A DNA stretch of 63,996 nucleotides, the filler included, from Basidiobolus ranarum (lineage: Eukaryota), in assembly GCA_040143965.1 (NCBI GenBank). It is 6 parts of 6 records of this genome, joined end to end, with 100 filler letters (N's around TTAATTAATTAA, not from the genome) between each part and the next. Parts side by side here need not be neighbours in the genome. Positions count along the whole stretch, not along the records: positions 1 to 10,785 come from JASJQH010000666.1; positions 10,886 to 21,649 come from JASJQH010000667.1; 4 more parts are not named here. The stretch is one strand, 5' to 3'. Position 1 is the stretch's first letter. Each line of letters opens with the position of its first letter. Below are positions 10,143 to 21,749 of the stretch, in pieces. The position numbers were made by a program, and so were the translations under genes. Below the pieces are notes generated by a model that saw nothing but the letters and a program-made list of their open reading frames with translations, was not told where the DNA came from and made no database searches.

Positions 10143-10785
10143 AGTGTGATGAATAAGTGGTAATCCTTGGTGGTGTATATATAATACTTCGATTGTTGGG
10201 CAGTCCACTTCAAGTCCTCTTACGGAAGGTCAATGCTACAAGAAAAACAAGCATTAGTCAGCAAATCTTTTTTCTTGATGAACCAACTAGTTCTAGGCAA
10301 TTTACAATTTGTGGGTAGTCTGCACCGAGATAGCGGATTTGGTTAATCAATATCAAAGTTTGTGACTTTCGATTGTTCAGGCAAACCTAATCCCAACAAA
10401 CACTTCAACTGATTCCAAGATAGAAAAATCCGGAAACAGATTTGCCAGTATTACCTTAAGAAGGTAAGGTTAGATTTAAGTTAATAACAAGCATGGAAGT
10501 TGAGAGTATTGCTGGCTAACTAATCAGCCTCTCATTGTTGACTTTCTTTATCGTATTGGATGTTTCCTATAAAGGGTAAATTGGCTAGAACTAATTGGTT
10601 CATCAAGAAAAAAGCTTTTGCTGACTAACGCTTGTTTTTCTTGTAGCATTGACCTTCCGTAAGAGGACTTGAAGTGGACTGCCCAGCAATCGAAGTATTA
10701 TATATACACCACCAATGATTACCACTTATTCTTCACTCTATGAAGCTCCTCTGTTGCCAAGCACTTGCACTTACTGCTGTCTGCA
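10097..10785. repeat. ~210-bp inverted duplication (arms 10097-10305 and 10576-10785, 270-bp spacer)
   Basis: CAGTCCACTTCAAGTCCTCTTACGGAAGGTCAATGCTACAAGAAAAACAAGC is the reverse complement of GCTTGTTTTTCTTGTAGCATTGACCTTCCGTAAGAGGACTTGAAGTGGACTG; the arms differ by scattered substitutions. Confidence 0.95.
10740..10785 (+). CDS. 5' end of a divergently transcribed isochorismatase-family paralog, cut by the contig end
   Basis: ATG 10740 encodes MKLLCCQALALTAVC versus MKLLCFQVLALTAVC in the minus-strand copy. Confidence 0.7.
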
Positions 10786-10885
10786 NNNNNNNNNNNNNNN
10801 NNNNNNNNNNNNNNNNNNNNNNNNNNNNNTTAATTAATTAANNNNNNNNNNNNNNNNNNNNNNNNNNNNNNNNNNNNNNNNNNNN
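10786..10885. other. Artificial contig linker (N44-TTAATTAATTAA-N44)
   Basis: Six-frame stop spacer, identical at five positions. Confidence 0.98.
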
Positions 10886-11060
10886 ATATTGCATATTCTG
10901 TGGGAGTTATGTGCCAATATCTTCAAAATTATGGACCTAATCAAATCATAGCAGTTAAGCGGATTTTCAGATATTTCAAAGGTACTGTGGATCTATGCTT
11001 AAAATACACATATTCTGGATCAAACTTTGATCTGATGGGATATTCAGATGCAAATCAGGC
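10886..11060 (+). mobile_element. Ty1/Copia RT-RNaseH junction fragment
   Basis: IAYSVGVMCQY...AVKRIFRYFKGT...MGYSDA. Confidence 0.8.
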
Positions 11061-11084
11061 TCCTAAATACTTTAACAGATACTA

Positions 11085-12293
11085 CTGAGTGTGCTTTGTG
11101 GTGTTTGTGGCTTTTTGCTTATCTTTAAGTTTGGGGCTAATTTCAACACTTTGAAAAGTGCCGGTTGAGGTTGGAGTGCTATGAGTTTTATTTGCTGATG
11201 TTTTGGCTTGTAGAGAGGTGCCAGGTGTTGGATAAACTTCCAAATTTAGCACTCCCTCACCTGGTGTACCTGGTTCCATGGTGAAATTAAGCTTTTTTTT
11301 GAGAGTATATCTGACTCTGGAAATACAGATCTTTGTAATGGTTTGAAAAATTCATTAAGTGGGAGAGAAGAGCATAAGCTCACTGGCTCCTTTGCTTTTC
11401 CCTTGGGTTTCTTACTTGCTGCTCTTTGAGTACTAATTATGCTCCTTTCTTTCTTTTCCAAGTTGATGATTGCATATATTTTTTAGATGCTTCATGAATA
11501 GGCCTATACTAGCTCAATTGCCATTTGCTTGCATATCCCAGGATAAGCCACATGAAATAAGTCAAGACAACTTAATAATTTGATGCTCTTTCAAGGAAAG
11601 CTGCAAGACAGATTCCTTGGTGAGGTAGATGGAGAAATGCAGTCTTATTGTTTTGTCCATGGGGTAATCAATTCAAGCAATGACACAACTACTTGTTGCA
11701 TAACATTTGTTGACTGTAAGTTAGGAAATATTGGCTGAGTTCTTTAGAGATAATTGCTAAAAGCCAAGAGCTTATCATCATTGTCAATAGTAACAAGAGT
11801 CAGCTATTTGCAAAGTATCAGTGTTGTTCAAAATTTCTGCTGCTTAGCAATTTTTCCACCATTAGTTTACTGGTTAAGTAAATTGTTGTTGTTGAGTTAT
11901 GTTTGATCAGTCAAGTATATTCATATGTAGAGACTAAACATCACAAGATTCTTGTATTATTTGATTCTTATTATAGCTGGACTATAAAGCCTAAGTCATC
12001 CAAGTAAAAGCATGTATAGTAATTTAAGTTTGTACTGCAGTACACCCAGTAATTTGGCACTCAAAAATTAGCTTTTTGCAAAAATTGTTGGAAATACACA
12101 ATTGCAAGGCAAATAGGAGGATCCATATTCTACTCTGTAGGAATACTGTCAAAATAGTGTCAAGAAGCCATCATCTCACCATCAAAATTGTTGGCAGAAT
12201 GCAAGCCATCAATATTATGATGGTTCTCTGACAGTTTTGCAATCCAGAAGGGTGAATCCAATATAGATGAAATCAATTTGATTTTTGTTAGGG
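11085..12293. mobile_element. Internally deleted CACTA/CMC-family copy (ORF2 remnant on -, transposase 3' end on +)
   Basis: 11085-11590 matches 21750-22010 and 63780-63996; 11650-12293 matches 25260-25916 and ends in ...TTAGGG. Confidence 0.7.
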
Positions 12294-12399
12294 CCATGGT
12301 TCAAAAAGAACAAATATCCTGTAATATTGTTTTTTCACCTCACTATTGTATCATTTTTGGTATCTCATGGCTTATGCAGCACAACCCAGTAATCAACTA

Positions 12400-14590
12400 G
12401 AGGAAGAATATTTTCATGTTCAAGCAGGTTCCACCTCCTAGTTCATCTTTGCCAACCTGCAAAGTATCAAACTCATCATCAGCCCAAATCCTCAAAGCAT
12501 CTATGATGCAATATCCATTGACATGTTTCTTAAGAGCTGAAACCAATAAAACCTATTGTTCCTAAACTCCCACCCAAATACTTAGCCTTTGCTCTTGTCT
12601 TTGACAAGAACAAATCCAATATACTCTTAACTCATCACCCTTATGATTGTCCAATAGATCTACATGAAGGAAAACAACCACTGTTTGGACCTATTTATGG
12701 GCTGACCCAGCCAGAACTCAACATTGTGAAAGAATATATTGCAGAAAATCTGGAGTAATCATTCATCCAACATTCAAAGTCTCCAGCAGGCTCTCCCATC
12801 TTATTTGTTAAAACAAAGGATGGATCCCTCCATCTCTGTGTGGATTATCAAGACCTAAATAGCATGACAGTCAAAAATTGATAGCCCTTGCCATTAATCA
12901 GCTCACACTTTGGTGAGCTTGCTGCAGCCATGGTGTTTACAAATATTGCTTCAAGAGATGCTGATAATATTTTAATAACCAAGCCAGGAGACCAATGAAA
13001 GCTACATATCAAACTTGCAATGGATGCTTTTTATTCAGTGTCATGCCATTTGGACCTACCAATGCTCCTGCAGTCATCCAACACAGGACAAATTAACTCT
13101 TCAGAGGGTATCTTGGCCAGTTTGTGGAAATCTACCTTGACAATTTCTTTGTCCTTTCAAACTCTCAAGCAGAACATAAAGTTTATGCTTCCCAAGTCCT
13201 GGAAAAGTTGAAAACCTCTGATCTCTATACTAAACTTAGAAATGTGATTTTGATCAAGCTCAAGTTGAATTCCTTGGATATAACATCAGCCCCTCAGGCA
13301 TCTCCATGGACCCTAAGAGGGTGGAATTGTTTCTGTTTTGGGATACTCCAAAGAATGTGAAGAATGACCAATCTTTCCTTAGATTTGCAAATTTTTACCA
13401 ATGGTTTGTCAAAAACTGTTCCTATATAACAGCCCCATTAACAAACCTCACCAAGAAAGAACTCACATTTGACTGGAATATACCTTGCCAAGAAGCATTT
13501 GTAACTTTAAACAATGCTATTACCTCATTGCCAATCCTGGCACACCCCTAATTCTACAAACCATTTATTGTTGACACTTAAGCATCTGACTTTGCTCTGG
13601 GAGCAGTACTATCACAGCTTGATGATAACAACTTACTGCATCCTGTTGCCTTTTACTCAAGAAAGTTCTCTGCATCAGAAATCAACTAAGACAACTATGA
13701 CAAGCAACAGTTTACAGTTATTGCTGCATCTGAACAATAGCAATAATACTTGGACAAGCAAATCACACAGTTACAGTCTATTGTGAACATAAGAATCTAT
13801 GGTAACTTAGTAGAACCAAATTCTCACCCACCATCAAGTAAGATAGAATATTTTGTGCCAGTTTTGATTTTATGATTACATATGAACTAGGCAGCCAGCA
13901 TTGAAAACCTAACACCATATCACATAGAGAGGAACATCAGCTTATAGAATGGGATAAGGATATTGGTCTATAAAGTGCCTTCCTGCTGAAGCTCCACCAA
14001 CTACAAATTAATGCAACTGCCATTTCTCTGCCTAGTTCATGCACATTCCATGTAGAAGTCTACAAATTTCAAGCAGAAGACCCATAGGTAATATCAATCA
14101 ACAAAGCCCACAATACACCCACAGGCCCCTCAAGTTTGAATATATGCCACCATTTCTGCATTGTTAATAATCTCTTGAATTATGAGAAGAAACTTTAAAA
14201 TGCAGACCACACTTCCAGACTCATAATCATGCAGGAAAGACATGAGCCACTATTTGAAGGACAATTGGTATTGCCAAATTCTATATGTTGGCATCCAGGG
14301 ATTATGAGAGGCCCAAGATGTTTGAATTTGTAAGGACCTATGAATCCACCTGTGATACTTACTTGTGATCAAGCAAAGACTCCAAAAATCAGCCTCATGG
14401 CCTCCTACAGCCACTTCAAATTCCTGATCAGCAGTTGAGATCCATATCCCTGAATTTCTTCACTCACCTGCCCTTGTCTGTCAAATAGAACTCAATTCTG
14501 GTAATTGTTGACTGTCCAACAAAGATGGCCCACTTTGTGCCCTGAAATGAGTCAATAGATGGTAAGAAAATGCAGAATTGGTGATGCACT
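12400..14590 (+). mobile_element. Degenerate Ty3/Gypsy pol (RT, RNase H, integrase)
   Basis: [85 protein letters not shown]; many stops and frameshifts. Confidence 0.9.
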
Positions 14591-14629
14591 ATCAATGATA
14601 ATCAAGCTATTTTTGTAGTGTATAGGCTA

Positions 14630-15720
14630 TCAAGATGTTTTAGGTCAACATATCCTTCCGGTCGCTCCTTTAGATCTGTTCTTCTAGTTTTCCATTCAGA
14701 ATGCTTTTCTGACATCCATTTAATGTAAATTACTGTTAAGGATAGCTGAGAGTTGCCAGGACTGATCTATGGAAGGTAAACTTGGCTACTGGAGCAAATG
14801 TTTCATGAAATCACTTCCGGAAGTCTAGGAAAAACCTTTTGCAAGTAGTATTGATTTGTACCTTTGCATAGTTCCATCAACTCAATTTCTGCCTTTGTAG
14901 ACCCATTTGCAGCATATTGGCTTTTTTCCTGGTGGTAAAGGATATTCCTGAACTGAAGAAAACTCATCAGAGAGTGCTTTTTGGTTCCATCAGCACAGCT
15001 TCTGACTATGTATACCCATTTGCAACCAATTGGCCTTCTTCCTGATGATAGAGGACTTAAAACCCACATTTTATTGTCATGAAGAGAAAAGAACTCAACA
15101 GACATTGCGTTTTCCTTTAATTTGATTCTGGACACTACAGAGCCTCATCTAAAGTGTATGGCCTGTCAAAGAAAGCTGCCCAAGTGTACACATCATCATT
15201 GGAATGTTCACCAGTTCCCTGGTGTATTCCTCCTTCTGCATGATCCTCTAGGTCCCAAATCATTCTCTGTTGTAATTGGGTCAGGAATTTTGTTTAAACT
15301 AAGCTCAGAAAGAGCTGGAATTTAGTCAGACACTTGTTGAACAGTTCTGATTGTGTTTTTGGGATTAAGATCTCACATTCAAGGTGAAAAATTTGCTTTT
15401 CATCAAAAATCACATCTTTGAATGTGATAGGCTTCTGATTTTTGGTATCAAATGGTCTGTAGGCCTTAAAGATAACATTGTATCCAAGAAATATGAATTC
15501 TCTGCTTTTGAATTCCAATATGGAGCATTTTGAACCAGAATTAGGCAATATGTTGCAAAACCAAACATCTTGATATGATTCATACTTGGTTTTCATCCAT
15601 ATAGGGCTTCAAATGGACTAGAATTGTGCTGTAACTTTGTTAGACATCTCTTTTGATATAGATTGCAGAGGAGACAGATTCAGATATTTGCCAAGTGTCA
15701 GTTCTATTCAAAATTTCAGA
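14630..15720 (-). mobile_element. Degenerate Ty1/Copia integrase-RT fragment
   Basis: FIFLGY...KAYRPFD...FKDVIFDE and GRRPIGCKWVY; close to 19700-20620. Confidence 0.8.
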
Positions 15721-16165
15721 TGTTTAGCATTTTCCCAATGCTAGTTGGCTGGGAAAGCATATTGATGTTGTTGAATCAAGTCTGATCAGCCAAGTGTGCA
15801 CATATGTACAGACTAAACACAACAAAATTCTTGTATTTTTTGATTCCCATTATTGCTGGAATACAAAGCCCAAAATATCCAAATAAAGGCATGCTTATTA
15901 ATTTAAATTCCTATAGCAGTAAAACCATTAATCTGCCATTCAAAAGTTGGTTTTTTCCACTAATTGTAGGAAATTAAATAATGCATGCCAATTTGGAGGA
16001 TCAACATTCCATCATGCATGATTACAGTTGTAGCAAAGCCATCTTTTCATCATTGAAATCTATGGTGGAATGCAAGCCACCAATGTTGTCATGATTTGCT
16101 CATTGCTTTGTACTCTCAAAAAGTGAATCCTATCCAGATCATTTTGATTTTATTTGTGGTATGGG
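15720..16165 (+). mobile_element. CACTA/CMC-family 3'-terminal fragment
   Basis: Matches 25460-25916 (GACTAAACACAAC...TTCTTGTATTTTTTGATTC...GAATGCAAGCC). Confidence 0.7.
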
Positions 16166-16479
16166 CTAATTCATAGAGTCATTGTTTCTGAGAGAATATG
16201 GAAAGCATTGGGGTACCCACTGCAGATGAAAATATATGAATAACAGTCTGGTGTAGCCTGCCACCTGACTTTCAGCACCCAGTGTTGGCTCTTGAATTGA
16301 GATCTGAGAACTTGCTCTTGAATTATGTATTTGGCACACTTCTATGTGAAAACTTATATATATATGAGTGGATAAAAAATAATGAAAAAATGCTTCAGTA
16401 GGTAATAGGAAACCTACTTATGATGGTTAAAATCCCCTTGTGAAAAACATTTTGCAACAACTGTAAAAGAACTGGCCTT

Positions 16480-18234
16480 TTAAGTAAAGATAGCTTTACA
16501 AGAATTGCCAAAGAAGAAATACATACCAAATCTGTAAATGTAGCAACAACAGAAGGTGAAACCTTTATATCTGCTCTTTTTGTTAATGCCAACAAGACTT
16601 CTCAGCCAAGGTTTATCAATTTGGCATCATCCCAGCACTTCACAAATGAAAACCCATGGTTAGTGAATTATGAAAAAATCCCAGCCAGAAAGATTTGTTG
16701 AAAAATGACCATATATTAGATACCTGTTGAATGGGTGCATTTCACATGAATTTAGCTAGTGCTTCTGCAGGCAAAGTTTGTATCTGTCAACATATACTAC
16801 AAGTTTCATACCTTTTTGAGAATTTAATATTTATATCAAGGCCAAATTAAAGGGACTAAAATGCAAGTTTATTAAGTCTGGATGCACCCACACTGATTTC
16901 AAGCATAGCACATGACTGTAGGAGAAAAGGAGCAGAACTCACACAAAATTAAATATAATCTAGAAGGTTGACATATAAGTATAAGTTATTTCATTCAAAA
17001 ACTATTTGATATGACATAAGAGCTTTGGCCATATTGGAGTTAATTATACAAGTAAAAGGATTGGAAGTTGCCTAGTTTCTGGTATTTTAGGTAATCACTT
17101 GACAGAAATGGAAATTTTTGAGTGTTGCATATATGGAAAACAAGCTAGGTACTCATTTAGTACCTTTAGTTTATTCAAATCTGTCAGAGAATTGGATCTC
17201 ATATATTCAGGATTGCTCAATGCAACATTTTTTTTAGTGGAAAGATATTTTAATGTATTTAGTGATGGTTGTACAAGTTACATCTCCATTAATTTTGTTT
17301 AAAGAAAAGAAGAAGTCCACTCTATATGTAGGATCTTAACAACTCCTGTGAAGACTGGGACTGGATATATAACAAGCAAGCAAGTATTGATAATGGTGGA
17401 GAATATACTTCAGCATTGTGCAGTCACTTTTGTAAAGTTCATGGAATTAAGCCAGAAACTACTGCCCCCTATTCACCTCAGTCTAACTCTACACTATTTC
17501 CAGGTTGTTTTGGAGTTAGGCATGATGTACAATAATTAAGGATCCATGAATGCAATTATTGTGTCAGAATTACAACCAAAAATTGATCCAAGTTTAATCC
17601 AAAATGTAAGGAAGGCATATCTCTGCATTAGCATAATCATCTAAAGCCTGCAGACTCTATCAAAGAAAAATCTCACAGTTGATCACATTTTGGGATGTTT
17701 TTTTTCATTACAATCAAAATATTTCATCTATAAGACACTTGATGATCACCAGTTTCAATTTTCTAGTGATTAAGCAATTGAAATAGATCAAAACCAAAAC
17801 TGTGAATAGAATAGCATTACAACAGACTTCTAAACCAAGATACAGCCTACTGAAGGAGCTATAAAATTCAGAAGTGGTGATATCTTTGTCCCAAACCACA
17901 AGATCAAATGGGGTCAGAAATAGCCCCAATAACTTTATTAATGAGTTCTACAATAGTGTCTCTGCCTATACAGCTCAAGTAAATGAGCCCTGAACTGTAA
18001 AGAGGCTCTTAATTGCCCTAATACAGAGTCTGGGAAACCCAACAAGGCAGCTCAGTACAAAGCTTTGGTTAATTAACTAACATGAACTTTGATCAGTTTA
18101 CCATAAAATCAAAGAGTTAATAGATGCCTACAAGTTTTACAAGTAAATATCACCTTCAATGCCAACAAAGGAAGGTACAAGGCCAGGCTTGTAGCCAAGG
18201 GTTACTAACTAACATCAGAAGTAATTGATAAAAG
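16480..18234 (+). mobile_element. Heavily degenerate Ty1/Copia pol (protease, integrase, RT start)
   Basis: ASSQHFTN protease-like remnant, CCIYGKQAR zinc-finger remnant, DNGGEYTS integrase motif, and YKARLVAKGY just before the inserted LTR. Confidence 0.75.
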
Positions 18235-21200
18235 TGTTTAGGGGATTTGGAAGCGTTTTGGACAAGATTTGGATTTGTGAATTAGACACTGGTGTTTTAA
18301 CAGATTGGATATGTCCTATTTATAGTTTTCTATAAAATAGAACTATTGGATGTGCTTAGATCCTGACAAACATGCCTGTTAAGCATGGGTGAAAATTTGA
18401 GGTGATTTGGAGAAGATTTGAGAAAATAGTGAAAATTGGTAAAAGTGAGCTATTGATATTTCTATCAATTAGAGTGATAAACACATATTTTTGTATGACA
18501 GAATTGAGTACTAAATAAGCAGAATATGATAACTAACTACTAAATAATGAGTTGCTATTTACCTAATTTCAACATTCCCAATCAACAAATTATTTTGTAT
18601 TTCACTTAAATCTAACTTATATGTTAATAATTCAAATTGTGCTCAAGCAAAAGGTTTAGTTTAGTTGTCAGCAATCATTATCCAGTGGGGCCATAGACAT
18701 GTTTGAGTATATCATTCTATATTGCTTCTCAAACAAATGTTCTAACATGAAAAGTTGGGTTTTTAGCTAATGAAATACAACTTTAATTTTCTTCAAATAC
18801 AGCAATAGCATGTTTTTGCTTGTTTCCTAAGTCTGTAAATAACTTTCAGAACCAAATAGCTTCTTGTGTAGTAGCAGAGGCAGCCATATACTCTGCTTCT
18901 GTAGTGGAAAGTGCTATGGTTGGTAGCTTCTTACTATTCCAAGTTATGGCTCCATTACCATAGAGAAAGGTGTACCCAGTTGTTAATCTTCTATCTTCAA
19001 GATTTCTTCCCCAGTATGCATCACTTTAGCCTTCAAGATTATGTGCATCAGGAGTGGCACAGTGTTCTAGAACTAGATCTATAGTTTCTCTCAAATATCT
19101 AAATATTTGCTTTTCTGCAGTTTTCTGCTCAGATCCTGCAGTTTTGAGATATTGGCTGACAGTTCCCACTTCAACCGCAATGTCTGGATTTGTTCCAACC
19201 ATTGTAAGCCATTTTAGGCCAAATCAGATGAAATTTTGATTAATTTAACATTGTGATCCATTGATGTTGATACAGGCTTGCTATTCTCCAAGTTGAAGCT
19301 TTTTAGGATATTTAGGATGTATCTAGACTGTTTCAGCATGATTTTCTGATTGGGGTTATATCTCTTTATTTGAGTTCCAAGTAAATAACTTAATTCACCC
19401 ATATCAGTCATCTGATATTGTCTTGATTCAGCTGCTTTTCATCTGATTAAGTGCTTCTGGATCATTTGTGGTTATGATTAAGTCAGCCATATAGAGTGCT
19501 AAGATAAGGATCCTATTTCCGGTTTTTTTGATGTAAAAACTGTGATCTGCTGAGCATTTATGAAATCCCAGTAATTCCAAATCAGTATTTGTCTTGTTGA
19601 ACCATGCCCTGGGGGCTTGCTTAAGTCTATATAGCAATTGTTGCAGTTAACACACCATATCAGGGTGTTTTGAGTCAACAAATCCATCTGGTTGCTACAT
19701 ATGGATCTTGTCTTCTAGGTTTCCATTCAGAAAGGCTGTTTTTACATCCATTTAATGTAAATCAAGGTTATGGATGGCTGAGAGTACCAGGTGTAATATA
19801 ATGGAGCCAAACTCTGCTACTTGAGCAAAGATTGCATTAAAATTAACTCCTGGTGTCTGGGAATAACCTTCTACAACTAATGTTGCTTTGTACCTTTTTA
19901 TGGCTGCATCAGCTTGGCTTTTGACTTTGTAGACCCATTTGCAACCTATTGGTTTTCTCTCTGATGGTAGAGGACTTAAAACCTATGTTTTATTGTCCTG
20001 AAGTGAAGCAAACTCATCAGACATTGCTTTTTCCCATAACTTTGATTCTGCACACTCCAGAGCTTGATCTGGAGTCTTTAGCTTGTCACAGAATGCTGCA
20101 TAATCATATACATCTTCATTTCAGTGTTCCATTAGTTTCCTGGCTTATTTCTCCTTGTGGATGATCTTTTGAGTCATGAATCATTCCCTGATGTAATGAG
20201 GACTGAAATTTTGGTTTAATAGGGCTCAAATACAGCTAGAATATTGTCAGACACTTCCGGAATAGTGCTGGTTTTGTTTTCTGGCTGAAGAACTGTGATT
20301 TGAGGTGATAAATATGCTTTTTCATCAAAAGTCACATCTCTGCATTTGATTGACCTCTAATATTTGGTATCAAACAGTCTATAGGCCTTAGATCCATCAC
20401 GGCAACCAAGAAATATGTATTTTCTGCATTTGGGCTCTAATTACAAGCATTTGTGAGCTGAAATTAGGCAATATGCTGTGCAACCAAAGAGCCTGAGATG
20501 ATCTACACTTGGTTTTGATCTATCAAGGGCTTCAAATGGAATGGAAATTTGTAGTAATCTTGTTGGGCCTCTCTTCTTGATATTGACTGCAGTGGAGACA
20601 GATTTTGCCAAATATAGGTAATCGAACTGTTGAACAGGGAACATGGATCTTGCCATCACCACTATAGTCCTATTAGCATGTTCTGCAACTCCATTTTGCT
20701 GTGGAGTATTAGGTAAAGTAATATGTTGCTTAATTCCATGTTTAGAACAAAACAAGTAAAGTCTTTATGGCAGTATTCACCACCATTATCATTCCTGATG
20801 ACCCTTTTTTTTTGTGCTGATTGCTTCTCTACCATTGCTTTGTAACCCTGGAACATAGCTAAAGCTTTGGATTTTGATTTGAGAAAGAATACCCAAGTAT
20901 ATCTTGTTTTGCAATCAATAAAGGTCATCAAGTACCTTTTTGCACCAAGTTAGATGCTTTTCATGGGCCCACATGGTCAGAATGAGTCAGGTCAGAATTC
21001 TGAGTGGATTTGATCTCACCAGTGCTTGAAAATGGCTCTCTGTGATGTTTTCCATATTGGCAACCTTCACACATATCCAATATTGTGATATTTTCAGATT
21101 CTAATCCTGAAACAAGCTGACTTCAGATCATTTGGGTCAGTTTTTGTTCTCCAATGTGGCTTACTATTCTGTGCCACATTTCACAGCTTCTTTCACTGGT

Positions 21201-21649
21201 TTTGGCCAAGTTTGCATGCTTAGAATGAAATTTGTTTATTTCTTGCTTTTATTAGCTTTGAGTTTTGATCCCTGTAGCCAATTTGGTACTATTCTGATTT
21301 GTGATAGTGCATCCTGCCTTGATGAACACAAAATTTAGTCCTTGAGTTGTTGCTTGGCTTACTGAGAGTAGATTCTTGGCTATATTTGATACATAGAGTA
21401 CATCATCTAATTTTGCAGATGGGGTAGCTGAGTTTTAGTCTAAATTGAGCACAACTGTGCCCTTACCAACTGCATCTAGTACATAGTCATCACCTAAGTA
21501 GACTTTCCTTGTTTAGATGGGTTTTAAGCTGGAAAACTGATCTTTCTTCTTTGACATATGCTGGGAAGCTCCTGAATCAATGTACCACATTTCTGAGTTT
21601 TCTTTAGTGGTTACTGATAGGGCAGACACAAATAGATGATCCCTATGAG
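18235..21649 (-). mobile_element. Ty1/Copia element: protease-IN-RT-RNaseH, PPT and 3' LTR (18235-18574); 5' end cut by the contig end
   Basis: WYIDSGASQHM, RNDNGGEY, TPQQNGVAEHANRT, DVKTAFLNG, LKQAPRAW, ALSTTEAEYMAA; purine tract abuts the TGTTGAAAT LTR start on the minus strand. Confidence 0.92.
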
Positions 21650-21749
21650 NNNNNNNNNNNNNNNNNNNNNNNNNNNNNNNNNNNNNNNNNNNNTTAATTA
21701 ATTAANNNNNNNNNNNNNNNNNNNNNNNNNNNNNNNNNNNNNNNNNNNN
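21650..21749. other. Artificial contig linker
   Basis: N44-TTAATTAATTAA-N44. Confidence 0.98.

Noticed and set aside
1909..10208. Bacterial contamination as the source of the bacterial-like genes
   Set aside because: The phosphoesterase and GNAT have spliceosomal introns and share a contig with a eukaryotic MPN gene and an LTR.
10097..10785. Inverted repeat as a MITE or TIR transposon
   Set aside because: The arms consist of promoter plus signal-peptide coding sequence of the adjacent gene and run into the contig end; gene duplication explains them better.
10830..10841. TTAATTAATTAA palindrome as a biological motif
   Set aside because: It is a synthetic six-frame stop spacer inside N runs.
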